Shown here one piece after another: positions 10,739-20,788 of a stretch of 64,000 nt of DNA. A program made the position numbers and the translations under genes. How positions within the stretch are numbered: position 1 is the first letter of the stretch; every line of letters starts with the position of its first letter. The notes under the pieces are model-generated. The model was not told the DNA's origin, did no database searches, and saw only the letters and a list, made by a program, of their open reading frames with translations. Source of the DNA: Trueperaceae bacterium (lineage in GTDB: Bacteria > Deinococcota > Deinococci > Deinococcales > Trueperaceae); the NCBI GenBank assembly GCA_965214405.1, contig OZ243956.1, positions 64,001-128,000 on the forward strand, given 5' to 3'.

Positions 10739-10841
10739 AAGCTTCGCTCTTTTCTTTTGAATAGACTCTAGTATTTGGCAAACGGTTTAGAGCGCACTAC
10801 CGCACCCTTTTTGAAGTGACACCCCTTTTTGTCCTGGAACC

Positions 10842-11728
10842 AGTCTAAGAACTCCCATTAGGTGCATAAGCTACCAATGCAGTAGTACCCGCAAGCAGAT
10901 GAGGATAGCCGAGACGGTGGCGTAAGCAAGGTAATGTTCCGCTTTCCGTTCGTAGCGGACTACTAGCCCTCGGAAGTTGTCCTGCCAAGCATTGACCCGT
11001 TCCACTTGCCAACGCCTTTTGCTGGCCGGGTACAGCTTCGGCTTCGGCCCCTTCTGACGACGCTTGCCTCTTCTCTTTCTTTCGGGTACGGAAGCGCGGA
11101 TGCCCCGAGCCCGCAGAGACTGCCGGAGGTCACGACTGTCGTAGGCTCTGTCCATAGCAACTTCTAAAAGTCGGGTTTTGGGACGCCCTCGCCCCGCTTT
11201 AGGAACACGTACCTTCGCAAGAACATCAAGAGCCACACTTGATTCGGCGGTGCTGGCGCTTGCCAGAGACAAAGCGACCGGAATGCCGTGGGCTTCGTTG
11301 GCGACCATTAAAGTAGAGCCTTTCCCTTTGTAGCCGTAGTCGATGCGGTTGCCCCCCTTTTTGCAGGGACAAAGCTCCCATCTAGCGCGCCTTCTCCGAG
11401 GTTGAGCTTTCCTTCTTTATCAAGCAGCCCCAGAAGCTCCTGGAAAAGCTCATCCCACACCCCTTCTTCCGTCCAGCGCCTCAGCCAGTAGTAGACGGTA
11501 CTACGTGCAGCATACGCCTCTGTTCTCGGGAGGTCTTTGTACCTTACCCCCGTCTTGAGCCGGTAGATGACGCTGTTCAGCACCTCTCTATCGTGTTCCC
11601 GGCGGCGTCCGGTAGAGGGTTGTGGAGGAAGCAGCGGTTCGAGAATCTCCCACTGCTCATTGGTGAGCTTAGTATCGTTCATGGCTCTACACTATTCACC
11701 TACTCAAACTTTTATGCGTTCTTGGACT
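10842..11728 (-). mobile_element. IS5-family insertion sequence (two ORFs, -1 frameshift)
   Basis: Imperfect terminal IRs AGTCTAAGAAC / AGTCCAAGAAC; orfA 11682-11308 (LTNEQWEILEPLLP, DUF4096-like) and orfB to 10871 (DRAYDS, RWQVER, RYER); slippery AAAAAGGGGGG at 11362-11352; no clear target duplication, so ends are approximate. Confidence 0.85.
10871..11682 (-). CDS. IS5-family transposase (programmed frameshift)
   Basis: The -1 frame continues AKKGGNRIDYGYKGKGSTLMV into the DDE domain. Confidence 0.85.
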
Positions 11729-12122
11729 ACTTCTGGGGAAAGGGCGATTTCCGCTGGCGTTCAAATTGAAAACTGCTTCGTAATCTATCACCCTACCCCA
11801 ACGCCGTCAAGTCTCAGTAAGGGATAGCAGCCGTTCCAAATTCAACCAAATTCACTTCCAAAGATGTGCTGAATAGCATTTTTAGGAGGAATACGAAACA
11901 TCAACTAAGGGGCTATGGCAGAAAAGAACCGCTCAGTTTCTGACAAAACAGCTTCCTTGGCGACCTCGATGAGGGGCCTTGTTAGACTTTTAGCTTTCTT
12001 CCGGGCAAGGTCTTAGGAGGTTGGCCGCTGTGCTAACAAGATTTTGCCTATTCACCACCGTCTGAGAGAGGTTTTACTAAAATTAGGAACGGCTGGCTTC
12101 ATCGCTCCATCTCCGCAAAGGC

Positions 12123-13481
12123 GGGTGCAGCCCGCTAGTGTCGGATTAAGCCGGGGCAGGGTAAGCGAGGTGCCTGAGCTGCCCAAAGTCAATGAGGGAA
12201 TGTTTGGCACAGGTCTGGGCACGCAAAGAGGCCATACTGGCAGCACCTTGTTTGGACCAGTGCATCCCGCTTCTTTTCATACGGTTTCCGATAACGGCTT
12301 TGTTCATCCCTTCGATTTGCCCTGAACCGATGGGATAGCCTTTTTCTGTGAACCGAGCATAATCCATACTGTCAAGCCGGGTTTCAAGATACTTTAGAGC
12401 AGTTTGCGCTTTGTCATCCCAGGTGAGCCAGACCTCGGGTTTAGGAAGGTGGTGAGCGAGCCAGTCACGGGCGTTGAGCTGACCCCGATACCAGTCACAG
12501 CGGTGGCGCGTTCTTAGGTCTTCATCCCAAGCCAGTGCTTGCATGATGGTGTCGAGGTACTGAGTGGCGTGGTAGACGTCGGTGATTCTTACGGCGTCGA
12601 GATGACAAAAGATGTTGTCAATCCAAACGGCTCCATCACCCAAACCGAGCAGCGTATCCGCGGGGGTGACTCCGGCTTCGTTGAGTAAACCCGCCACGAG
12701 CGTGACAAAGTCTTCGGCACAGCAGCGTTCGGCCAACATCCAGCGCTGACTCGGAGCGGCTTGCGGATAAAGTACGGCTGTTTTGAGTTCCAGGCCAGGA
12801 CATAGCCCCTGTTCAGGTTGCCCTAAGACGTAGACGCCGTCCATTTGCAACACCATGACGCGTCCTTGTCGGCGTGCCGCTTCAGGCTCTGAACAAGACA
12901 ACAGTCTGTCTGCCACCTCGGCTCGACACGCCTCAGCGTAGGGGCGTTGCAAGCGGTCTAATTCTGACGAGCTAATCCTCAGGCCGAAGTTGCGCGCGAT
13001 GTAAGCGCCTTCTTCTAAGGGCACGCGCGCTGCTAAGTCGGTCAGGCAAGCTAAGGCTTTGGGCGTCCAGCCCGAATGGTCTAAGCGTCTATCGAGGATA
13101 GCTTGTTTGGCTCGACCCTCTCTATCAACCAGCCTTTGTACCTCGACATAGACCCGGCCCCACAAGTGCTTAACCGCGCAGCGACGTTTGCCGTTACCCC
13201 AATAGCCTTCAGGTACTTCTCTTTTGTGCTCGGGGGGAAAAGCTCCGGCTATCTGCCAGAGCTTGCATAGTCTCACTCATCATCGCTTGATAATGCGCCA
13301 GCATCGCCGTCTCAACCTCGGCTACACCCGCATCTTCGGGTAGGTCTCGTTCCAAAGCTTCTAAGTACCTGCCAAACGCTTCCTTCGCCCGTTCTTTCCA
13401 ATCACCTGTCTGGCTCGTTTTCATCCGCCATTCTACCGCTGCTACGCCCCTTTTTCTATCCGCCTATTTGGGGTTGCACCC
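12123..13481 (-). mobile_element. ISKra4/ISLre2-type (Mutator-like DDE) insertion sequence
   Basis: Terminal IRs GGGTGCAGCCC / GGGTGCAACCC; direct target repeat CGCAAAGGC at 12114-12122 and 13482-13490; transposase motifs QMDG, LGDGAVWI, DVYH, PIGSGQIEG. Confidence 0.85.
12146..13424 (-). CDS. Transposase, split into 13424-13209 and a downstream frame joined by a -1 frameshift
   Basis: Slippery TTTTCCCCCC at 13241-13232 on the minus strand; leaderless TAGAAT-N5-ATG start. Confidence 0.75.
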
Positions 13482-13497
13482 CGCAAAGGCGCAAAGA

Positions 13498-13526
13498 TTG
13501 ACGGTGCGCCTTGAGCGCTGTAAACT
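13498..13526 (+). promoter_or_regulatory. Sigma70-type promoter of tRNA-Val
   Basis: TTGACG-N17-TAAACT, 16 nt before the tRNA. Confidence 0.7.
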
Positions 13527-13542
13527 ACTTAGCACGAGGCGC

Positions 13543-13617
13543 GGGCGGTTAGCTCAGCGGGAGAGCACTCGCTTCACACGCGAGGGGTCGTAGGTTCAAA
13601 TCCTATACCGCCCACCA
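13543..13617 (+). tRNA. tRNA-Val (CAC)
   Basis: Acceptor stem GGGCGGT/ACCGCCC, D arm AGCTCAGCGGGAGAGC, anticodon arm CTCGC-TTCACAC-GCGAG, T loop GGTTCAAATCC, encoded CCA. Confidence 0.97.
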
Positions 13618-13735
13618 GAAGAAACAGCGTATAGCACGCAGTAAACCAGAATGCTTGAATGGCGTTCTGGTTATCTTTTTGACTATCGGCACCTATTGGA
13701 CCTTTTTCAGCCTGGTTGTGTGGAGGTCCGAAGTT

Positions 13736-14167
13736 ATGAGGACCGCCACCAATCAGGACCAAGAAACAAGCAACGGCGGCAAGGCTAGGTGCGACAGGAC
13801 CACCCCGCCCCTATCCACTAAGAGGGGGGCGGCGCTGACAGACCGGACGCAGGGTGAGCAGGAGCTAACCGCTAGCATTCACTGGTTAGCGGCCACAACC
13901 ACGGGGAAGGAAGCGGACGTGCTGGGATTCGTCTCAGCTACCCTCGGCGGTGCCGACTTTGAAACGTCTGAGCGGGGCGTGAGCGGCTATACCCGCACCT
14001 ACAGAACCATCTACGGGCTCAGGCTCTTCGTCAACGACGAACGCCCGGAAATGGGCTTACACATGATTGCTGATGGTCATGCGTGTGAGTCCATCGGCTA
14101 CGACGCTCTCAGGATGATTTACAACACCCTCGAGCTCTCGTCATCCACTAAACCCAAGCCCCTGTAG
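13736..14167 (+). pseudogene. Truncated Rep_trans-family (rolling-circle initiator / MOBT relaxase) N-terminal fragment
   Basis: GGAGG SD; motifs TPPLSTKRG, SIHWLAAT, GVSGYTRTY, GLHMIADGHAC; ends before the R-D motif and catalytic Tyr region. Confidence 0.6.
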
Positions 14168-14187
14168 CAACCGGTACCATAGACGCT

Positions 14188-15543
14188 ATGCTCCCCCCAC
14201 CCAACGACACCATTACCGCCATCGCCACCGCGCCCGGCGTGGGCGCGGTCGGCATCGTGCGGCTCTCGGGTCCGGCGTGTTACGAGATTGCCGACCGGAT
14301 GTTTCGCCCCAAGGCGGGCGGGCCTATGAGCGAGGTGCCCGCAGGCCGCGTGGTCTACGGCAGCGTGCGTGACGGCGACGAACTCGTGGACGAGGCGCTG
14401 GGGCTGACCTTTCGCGCGCCGCGTTCCTACACGGGGCAGGACGTGGTGGAATTTCAAACGCACGGCGGCCCGGCGGTGCTGCGGCGGGTGCTGGAACTCT
14501 GCACCCTGCACGGCGCGCGTTTAGCCAAACCGGGCGAGTTCACGCTGCGCGCTTTTCTCAACGGGCGGCTCGACTTGGTGCAGGCCGAGGCGGTGTTGGA
14601 CCTTGTTAACGCGCAGTCCGACAGCGCGCGGCGCGGCGCGGCGCTGGGGCTCAGCCGGGCGCTGAGTGAGCAGTTGGGGCTCGTCCAGAACGACGTGACG
14701 GAAGTCTACGGCAACATCCAGGCGGTGTTCGACTACCCTGACGAGGGGGTGCCGGAGGCGGAGTTTTCAGGACCCCTGACGCGCGCGGTTACGCGCATCG
14801 ACGCGCTGCTCGCCACCGCCAAAGCCGGGGCCATCGCCAAACGCGGCGCGCGTTTGGCGCTCGTCGGGCGGCCCAACGTCGGCAAGTCGAGCCTGCTCAA
14901 CGCGCTTCTGGGCTACGAGCGCTCGATTGTGTCCAACATGCCCGGCACGACGCGCGACTATTTAGAAGCGCCCTTAGACATTTTGGGCGTGCCCGTGACC
15001 GCCATCGACACCGCCGGGATTCGGCAGACCAGCGACGCGGTCGAGGCGTCCGGGGTGGTGGTCGCAAAAAACATCGCGGCCAACGCCGACTTGAGCCTCG
15101 TGCTGCTCGACTCGAGCCGCCCCCTGTCCGAAGAGGACGTGGCACTCATAACGAACACCGACGCGGCGCGTAGTCTCGTCATTGCCAATAAAGCCGACCT
15201 CGAGCCCGCCTGGCACGCCGACATCGGCACCTTAGACGTTTCGAGACACGTCTACAGAGTCTCGGCGCGGACCGGGGCGGGATTAGAACCCCTCAAAGAG
15301 GCGGTGCGCGACGCGCTCATCGGCGACGCGGGTGGGGGCGAACTGTGGCTCACCAACGAACGCCACGCCGAGGCGCTCTCGCGCACCAAAGCCCTTTTAG
15401 AACGCGCGCTTGACGCTCCCGACGACCTCGCCGCGCTCGACCTAGAAGAGGCGCTACGCACCCTCGCCGACATCACGGGGCGGGGCGAGATTGCCGAGGA
15501 GACGCTGGAGCATATTTTTAGCCACTTTTGTGTGGGGAAATAG
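14188..15543 (+). CDS. mnmE: tRNA modification GTPase MnmE
   Basis: DTITAIAT, GIVRLSG, PGEFTLRAFLNG, GRPNVGKSSL, GTTRD, DTAG, NKAD, C-terminal FCVGK. Confidence 0.97.
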   Translation: MLPPPNDTITAIATAPGVGAVGIVRLSGPACYEIADRMFRPKAGGPMSEVPAGRVVYGSVRDGDELVDEALGLTFRAPRSYTGQDVVEFQTHGGPAVLRRVLELCTLHGARLAKPGEFTLRAFLNGRLDLVQAEAVLDLVNAQSDSARRGAALGLSRALSEQLGLVQNDVTEVYGNIQAVFDYPDEGVPEAEFSGPLTRAVTRIDALLATAKAGAIAKRGARLALVGRPNVGKSSLLNALLGYERSIVSNMPGTTRDYLEAPLDILGVPVTAIDTAGIRQTSDAVEASGVVVAKNIAANADLSLVLLDSSRPLSEEDVALITNTDAARSLVIANKADLEPAWHADIGTLDVSRHVYRVSARTGAGLEPLKEAVRDALIGDAGGGELWLTNERHAEALSRTKALLERALDAPDDLAALDLEEALRTLADITGRGEIAEETLEHIFSHFCVGK

Positions 15544-15545
15544 CA

Positions 15546-15581
15546 GTGAGTAGTGGTTGGAAAAGTCCAACCACTACTCAC
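15546..15581. terminator. Perfect 16-bp hairpin between convergent genes
   Basis: GTGAGTAGTGGTTGGA-AAAG-TCCAACCACTACTCAC directly after the mnmE stop; no U-tract. Confidence 0.5.
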
Positions 15582-15636
15582 CAACCATTAGCCACTTCTC
15601 AGTCTCGTCTTGAACCCAGGCCAAATTAGGTTTGGG

Positions 15637-16317
15637 CTAGAGCGCAACAAGCGCTTGCGCCTCACCTGTGGGTTGGGGGGAGCCGCCGGGGGGCTCGAGC
15701 GTCACCGCCAGGGTGCCTCCCGGCGTCAGGGCTTCGGCCAAAAAGGTGTGGCCCTCCCAGACGCCAAGGGGGCGCGCTTCGCCTTCGCTTAAGCACCAAG
15801 CTTGGTAGACGCGTCCCTCGGGGGGCGCTGTGTCGAGGGCGAGAAACATTTGCTGGTTGGGCAGCGTGACGCGCGTGCCGACGGGGCGTCCCTCCGGGTC
15901 CAGCAGCGGGGACTCGGTCGCGCCGGGTTTTGCATTGTAAAAGCGCAGGCGCTCGCGCACCTCGGGGGGGTGAACGGGTCGTGACAGCCAGAGACCCGCG
16001 GCGACCTTGGCGGCCATCCCGGCCCCCAGCCACCAGCGCCAGCCAGGAACGTTTTCCCCTTCCCCATTCTCTCCAGGCTTTTCCCGGCGAACGCGCTTTA
16101 GGAGCGCTCCTTCAGCGCCCGCCGGGACGGGTTCGGGCGGCAGCGTCATGACGAGCTCGCTCAACACGGTGAGGTAGTCGCGCACCGTACGCGCCGCCTC
16201 CGGGTGCGTTTCCAAGTAGGCTTCGACCTCCGCCTCTTCCCGAGGGGAAAGGGTGCCCAATGCGTAGGCGACCAGACTGTCCTCGAGCCTGTTTTCCAAG
16301 CTTTCTTCGCCCATCAC
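15637..16317 (-). CDS. Anti-sigma factor (RskA-like)
   Basis: AYALGTLS...E...VEAYL N-terminus, TM segment, YQAW and LAVTLEPPGGSPQPTG C-terminal motifs. Confidence 0.8.
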   Translation of the reverse strand: MMGEESLENRLEDSLVAYALGTLSPREEAEVEAYLETHPEAARTVRDYLTVLSELVMTLPPEPVPAGAEGALLKRVRREKPGENGEGENVPGWRWWLGAGMAAKVAAGLWLSRPVHPPEVRERLRFYNAKPGATESPLLDPEGRPVGTRVTLPNQQMFLALDTAPPEGRVYQAWCLSEGEARPLGVWEGHTFLAEALTPGGTLAVTLEPPGGSPQPTGEAQALVAL

Positions 16318-16946
16318 GCGTCATCCCCCCTTTCGGCGTTCTGTGCGGTTTCTTGTGTGTTTGCGTCCGCTCGAGCCTGGCCGCGCCTCTGTGTTTGGGC
16401 GAGTTTGTCGAGCGCCGCGCGTAACGCCGCGCCGACGGCGGCGGGCGACATGCCCGTAGCGGCGGCGAGTTCGCCCACGCTGCACCCTTCATAAAACGCC
16501 CTGTCGAGCAGCTCGAGCTCGTTCGCTGCGTCACCCCTACCACCCGCTACCTCATGCCCGTCTTCTACGCCGGAGTTAGCGCTGGCGTTAACATTAAAGT
16601 TTGCGCCTGACCGTACGCCTCCGGAAGCAAACGACACAGGCGCGACCGAGCTGTTTCGCTTCTCCAGAGCCACGCGGTGAGCGGTCATGACCAGCCACGC
16701 CCTGGCGCTCTCCCGAGTCGGCTCAAACGTATGGGCGGTTTCCCACGCTCTCTCGAACGCCTCCTCGACGCCCTCGGAGGCGTTACCCCCCACCATGCGG
16801 CGCATCAGCGCCATGAGGTGAGGGGCGTAACGCGCGTGAAGCTCCAGAAGCGCCGCGTCGTCGCCCGCGGCCATCCGCGCCACCAGGCGCTCGTCGGAAT
16901 CATTGGACCGTCTCACGTTTATAAACCGCGCACCCTCGAGCCGCAC
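16314..16946 (-). CDS. ECF sigma factor (SigK-like), divergent
   Basis: SDERLVARMAAGDDAAL, SARAWLVMTAHR; coupled to the anti-sigma gene. Confidence 0.7.
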   Translation of the reverse strand: MRLEGARFINVRRSNDSDERLVARMAAGDDAALLELHARYAPHLMALMRRMVGGNASEGVEEAFERAWETAHTFEPTRESARAWLVMTAHRVALEKRNSSVAPVSFASGGVRSGANFNVNASANSGVEDGHEVAGGRGDAANELELLDRAFYEGCSVGELAAATGMSPAAVGAALRAALDKLAQTQRRGQARADANTQETAQNAERGDDA

Positions 16947-17156
16947 CGCGCCACCCCGAGGGCCTTCCCCTTCTCCACAGCTCGCCGCGTCCCACCGCGT
17001 TTGGTCATCCTTCTACCCCCGCGCCATTATTGTGTCGTTGTCGCGCCATCGTCATGTCACTGTCGTACGGTTCTCTAAATCTCTACAAAATATTGACGAG
17101 CATACCCGCGCTTCCGGTTTGAAACCACCCCACATGATACCCAACGCGTCACCCTC

Positions 17157-17762
17157 TCACACCTGATAAGACGCCTCGACCTCGCGCGCGGCGGCCTGAA
17201 CCGCGCCCGGGAACTCGGCGGTGATGGATTCCAACACGCGCTCGGCGGTGAAGTGAATCATTTTGAGGAGCGCCCGCCCGCCCCAACGCTCGGGTTCGGG
17301 CAGGTGCAGGTGAATGGCGATGTCGAAGCGGTAACTCACGTGACTGCCGCCGGGATGGGGGCGCACCTCGGCCTCGCCCGCGACCTCCGCCCAGCCGGGG
17401 CGCAGATGCTCCAGCGGCACGCTGCGGAGCACCGCGCCGCGCGGCGTGGGGAGCAGACGGCTCTCAAAGGCGAGCTCTTGTTGACCAAAGAGCGCCGCGT
17501 TGACCGGGATGCGCGCGCGCACTGTGGTTTCATCTGTGGTCTCATCTGTGGTTCCATTTACTGTGGTTTTATTTGTGGTCTCGCCCGCCTCACGGACGCC
17601 CTCGACAGGCCCTGCGAGCGTCGCCACGCTGGGGAGGGTTTCCAGATGCTGGATAAACGTCACCTTAGAGAGGCTCGCCTCGGCGTCACGCACGAAGTCG
17701 ACGGCGGCTCCCTTGCTGAGCGAGAGCGCGAAATCGAACCCTACCGAGTGCGTAATCTTCAC
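17157..17762 (-). CDS. Deinococcus-Thermus conserved protein (DUF3809-like, START/SRPBCC-like)
   Basis: LHLPEPERWGGRALLKM motif; adjacent to a DUF3248-like gene. Confidence 0.55.
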   Translation of the reverse strand: MKITHSVGFDFALSLSKGAAVDFVRDAEASLSKVTFIQHLETLPSVATLAGPVEGVREAGETTNKTTVNGTTDETTDETTVRARIPVNAALFGQQELAFESRLLPTPRGAVLRSVPLEHLRPGWAEVAGEAEVRPHPGGSHVSYRFDIAIHLHLPEPERWGGRALLKMIHFTAERVLESITAEFPGAVQAAAREVEASYQV

Positions 17763-17837
17763 GTGCGACCTTTCTCCCTGGCGTGTTCCTCCTGCGACTG
17801 TACCCCCGCCCCCTCGCCTCTACCGTCTTGACCCCTA

Positions 17838-18164
17838 CTATACGCTCCCCCTACCCTCCGGCGCGTGACCTATCCACTCGACTCTCAGTTCGCCCTCGCG
17901 GCCCGCGACCTCCAGCTCGGCGTCCGTGACCGTTTTGAGGCGGGGCAGCTCGGCAAAAAGCGCGGCGGCGCTCGCCAATCCCACCCGCACCGTGACGGGG
18001 CCGTCGTCGGTCGTCCGGCCGATGCGCCACACCAGCAGGGGGGCCAGCGCCTCGAGCGCGGGCGAGAGGTCGCGGGTTTCCTTTACCTCCTCGGCGGCAT
18101 CCTCACCGTCGGCACGGGTGTTGTCAGCGTTGTTGTCGGCGTCAATAGGGTCAGCGTCAGGCAT
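17838..18164 (-). CDS. DUF3248-like protein
   Basis: LVWRIGR...VTVRVGLASA...FAELPRL...LRVEWI pattern. Confidence 0.6.
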   Translation of the reverse strand: MPDADPIDADNNADNTRADGEDAAEEVKETRDLSPALEALAPLLVWRIGRTTDDGPVTVRVGLASAAALFAELPRLKTVTDAELEVAGREGELRVEWIGHAPEGRGSV

Positions 18165-18167
18165 GGC

Positions 18168-19370
18168 TTACTCCTCGAGTTCCAGGGCGGCGAACGTCAG
18201 GTAGCGCGTTTCGGGCACGCCCAAACGTTCGGGGTGACAAGAGGCCGCGCCCCGCCGCTCGAGCACCCGCATCCGAACCCCCGCGTCCGCGGCGGCCTCG
18301 GTCAGCATGGCGTAAAAGTCGGGTTCGCTCACGTGATGGCTACAGCTTGCGGTGAAAAGCCGACCCCCCGGCCCCAGGAGCGTCATCGCCCGCAGGTTGA
18401 TTTCTTTGTAACCGGTGAGGGCGCGCGCCACGTTACTGCGCCCTTTGGCAAAGGCGGGCGGGTCTAAAACGATGGTGTCGAAGCGCTCCCCCGCTTCTGA
18501 GAGAGACCGCAGCACCTCGAAAGCGTCCCCCTTGTGCGTACGCAGCCCCAGCCCGTTGCGCGCCGCGCCCGCCTCGACTTGCGCTAAAGCCGCGGCGCTC
18601 GAGTCCACCGCCAGCACCTCGGTTTGGGCGGTCTCAGCCGCGCTCGCAAGTTGCAGGGCGAAACCGCCGTGGTACGAAAAAACGTCCAAACATCTCCCGC
18701 GCGCCAAGCTCCCCGCATACACATGATTCTCGCGCTGGTCCAAAAATGCGCCGGTCTTCTGACCCGTGTAAGGCGCGGCGAAGAGCGTGACCGACCCCTC
18801 GCGGTAAGGAACCCTCTCGGGCACCTCGCCGTAAAGCGCCGAGACCTCTTGGGGCAAGCCCTCGAGCGCCCTCACGGGCGAATCGTTGCGGGCGAGCACG
18901 CCTTTGGGTCCGTAGTGGGTGCGTAACGTCTCGAGGATGGCGGGCACGAAGGGTGCCAAACCCGCGGCGTGAACTTGCATGACCAGAACGTCGGCGTACT
19001 TGTCTACGGTCAGGCCGGGTAAGCCGTCTCCCTCGCTATGCACCACCCGAAAGGCCTCGTATCCGTCGGTCACGCGGTCGCGGTAGGCGCACGCCCGCGC
19101 CACGCGGGAGGCGAAAAAGCTTTCGTCGACGGGCTCGGTTTGGGTGGTCAAGAACCGAAAGGCGAGTTTTGAGCGGGGGTTGTAGAGCCCCTGGCCCACC
19201 GGACGGCCGCGCGCGTCCACGGCGAGCGCGAGTCCCGGCGCGCTTGGTGCGTGGGAGGGTTGAAGGTCGCTGGCAAACACCCACGGGTGGCCCCCCTCGA
19301 GCCGCCGCAGGCCTTTCGGTTTGAGTTTTATCGTCTCGAGCCCAATCTTACGCTCCAGCGTTTCTCTCAT
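18168..19370 (-). CDS. RlmI/RlmK-family SAM-dependent rRNA methyltransferase
   Basis: PUA-like GHPWVF, SEGDGLPGL, QKTGAFLDQREN, LDVFSYHGGF, LDPPAF, ASCSHH. Confidence 0.9.
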   Translation of the reverse strand: MRETLERKIGLETIKLKPKGLRRLEGGHPWVFASDLQPSHAPSAPGLALAVDARGRPVGQGLYNPRSKLAFRFLTTQTEPVDESFFASRVARACAYRDRVTDGYEAFRVVHSEGDGLPGLTVDKYADVLVMQVHAAGLAPFVPAILETLRTHYGPKGVLARNDSPVRALEGLPQEVSALYGEVPERVPYREGSVTLFAAPYTGQKTGAFLDQRENHVYAGSLARGRCLDVFSYHGGFALQLASAAETAQTEVLAVDSSAAALAQVEAGAARNGLGLRTHKGDAFEVLRSLSEAGERFDTIVLDPPAFAKGRSNVARALTGYKEINLRAMTLLGPGGRLFTASCSHHVSEPDFYAMLTEAAADAGVRMRVLERRGAASCHPERLGVPETRYLTFAALELEE

Positions 19371-19592
19371 ACGTTCTCAACCTTTGATTCCCGCCTCACG
19401 AATCCACGGTATCATGAACGGCTCTCCCCGCCGCCTTTTGTAGAAACCCACAGGGACGAAAAGATGAGAAACCTTTTTCTTAGCAACTTTTTTAGCGAGA
19501 TGTGAAAATCGTCGGTTGCGAAATGCTTTCACGGGGTAAGCTGGGGAGAGTTAAGCAGCCTCTGCAAGGGCAGGGGCTCAGGGCGAGGTCTT

Positions 19593-20654
19593 ATGTCATA
19601 CGAGCGCGAGCAACGCAACCCCGATTCATTCCAAAAACCCCAGCAGCAGACCCTCCCGAGCGAACCTCGAGAGGCTGGCGCTCCCCCCGCGTGGCGGCGT
19701 CGGGACTACGGCACGCTCCTTTTGAAGGGTGTGGCGATGGGCGCTGCCGACGTGGTGCCGGGCGTATCGGGCGGGACGATGGCGCTCATCTTGGGCATCT
19801 ACGAGGAGCTGATTACGAGCCTGCGCGCGCTCGGGCGGCCTCCCTTTTGGCGCGCGCTGCTAAGTGGGCGGCTAGGCAAGGCTTTTGGGGAGGCGCACGG
19901 GCGTTTTCTCGTCACGCTCGTCTGCGGGATCGCCCTAGCGGTCCTCAGTTTGTCGCGGGGGCTCGAGTGGCTCATCCTGAATCAGCCCGTGCCCGTCTGG
20001 AGCTTTTTCTTCGGCCTCATCGCCGCCTCGGTGCTGGTGGTGGGCGCGCGCGTGAGGCGGTGGGGCGTTACCACCGTGTTGGGGTTTATCGGGGGCGCTG
20101 TCGCGGCTTTCGTCCTGGTGGGCCTCACCCCGGCCGTAACGCCCGAGAGCGCCCTCTTCTTGTTCTTGAGCGGAGCGCTCGCCATTTGCGCGCTTATCCT
20201 GCCCGGCATTTCGGGGGCCTTTATCCTCGTGCTGCTCGGTAAATACGAGTTTATCCTCGGCGCGCTCAACCGGGGCGACGTGGTGCCCCTCATTTTCGTG
20301 GCGCTCGGCGCGGGGGTCGGGATTCTCTCGTTCGCGCAGGTGCTGGGCTGGCTTTTTCGGCACTACCACAACATTACGCTCGCGGTCCTGGGCGGCTTTA
20401 TGCTGGGGAGCCTGCGTAAGGTGTGGCCGTGGAAAGAGATAACGGGTGGAGACCTTGACGCAGACATTGACGCAGCGGCCAACACCCTGCCCGCGCTTAC
20501 CCAAGGGGGCGCGTTCAACACCGCCGTTTTGGTGGCGCTCCTCCTCGCGGCGCTTGGGTTCATTTTGGTGCTGGTCGTTGACCGGCAGGGGCGTCGTCAT
20601 GAGGCGAGAGAGCGTGCGCGGGTAGAAGACGAGGCGGCGCAGCCCGTGTCTTGA
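19593..20654 (+). CDS. DUF368 family membrane protein (undecaprenyl-phosphate translocase family)
   Basis: MGAADVVPGVSGGTMALILGIYE and ALILPGISG repeats. Confidence 0.88.
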   Translation: MSYEREQRNPDSFQKPQQQTLPSEPREAGAPPAWRRRDYGTLLLKGVAMGAADVVPGVSGGTMALILGIYEELITSLRALGRPPFWRALLSGRLGKAFGEAHGRFLVTLVCGIALAVLSLSRGLEWLILNQPVPVWSFFFGLIAASVLVVGARVRRWGVTTVLGFIGGAVAAFVLVGLTPAVTPESALFLFLSGALAICALILPGISGAFILVLLGKYEFILGALNRGDVVPLIFVALGAGVGILSFAQVLGWLFRHYHNITLAVLGGFMLGSLRKVWPWKEITGGDLDADIDAAANTLPALTQGGAFNTAVLVALLLAALGFILVLVVDRQGRRHEARERARVEDEAAQPVS

Positions 20655-20788
20655 CCCCCGGAGCGACTTCGGAACATAGTGGGCTTACCTACCGCAACTC
20701 AGCGCAACATCATTCTGACAGAGTGTCATGACGCAGCATCACGACGGAGCACCAAGGCGGAAAAGGCGAGCGTAAAGGAGGCGGCACC

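Noticed and set aside
10773..10790. LacI-like operator GGCAAACGGTTTAG upstream of the SBP gene
   Set aside because: Imperfect, single copy, and no LacI-family gene in the window.
11735..11775. ...GTTCAAATTGAAAAC, resembling a CRISPR repeat 3' end
   Set aside because: Single copy, no periodicity, unrelated to the I-E repeat.
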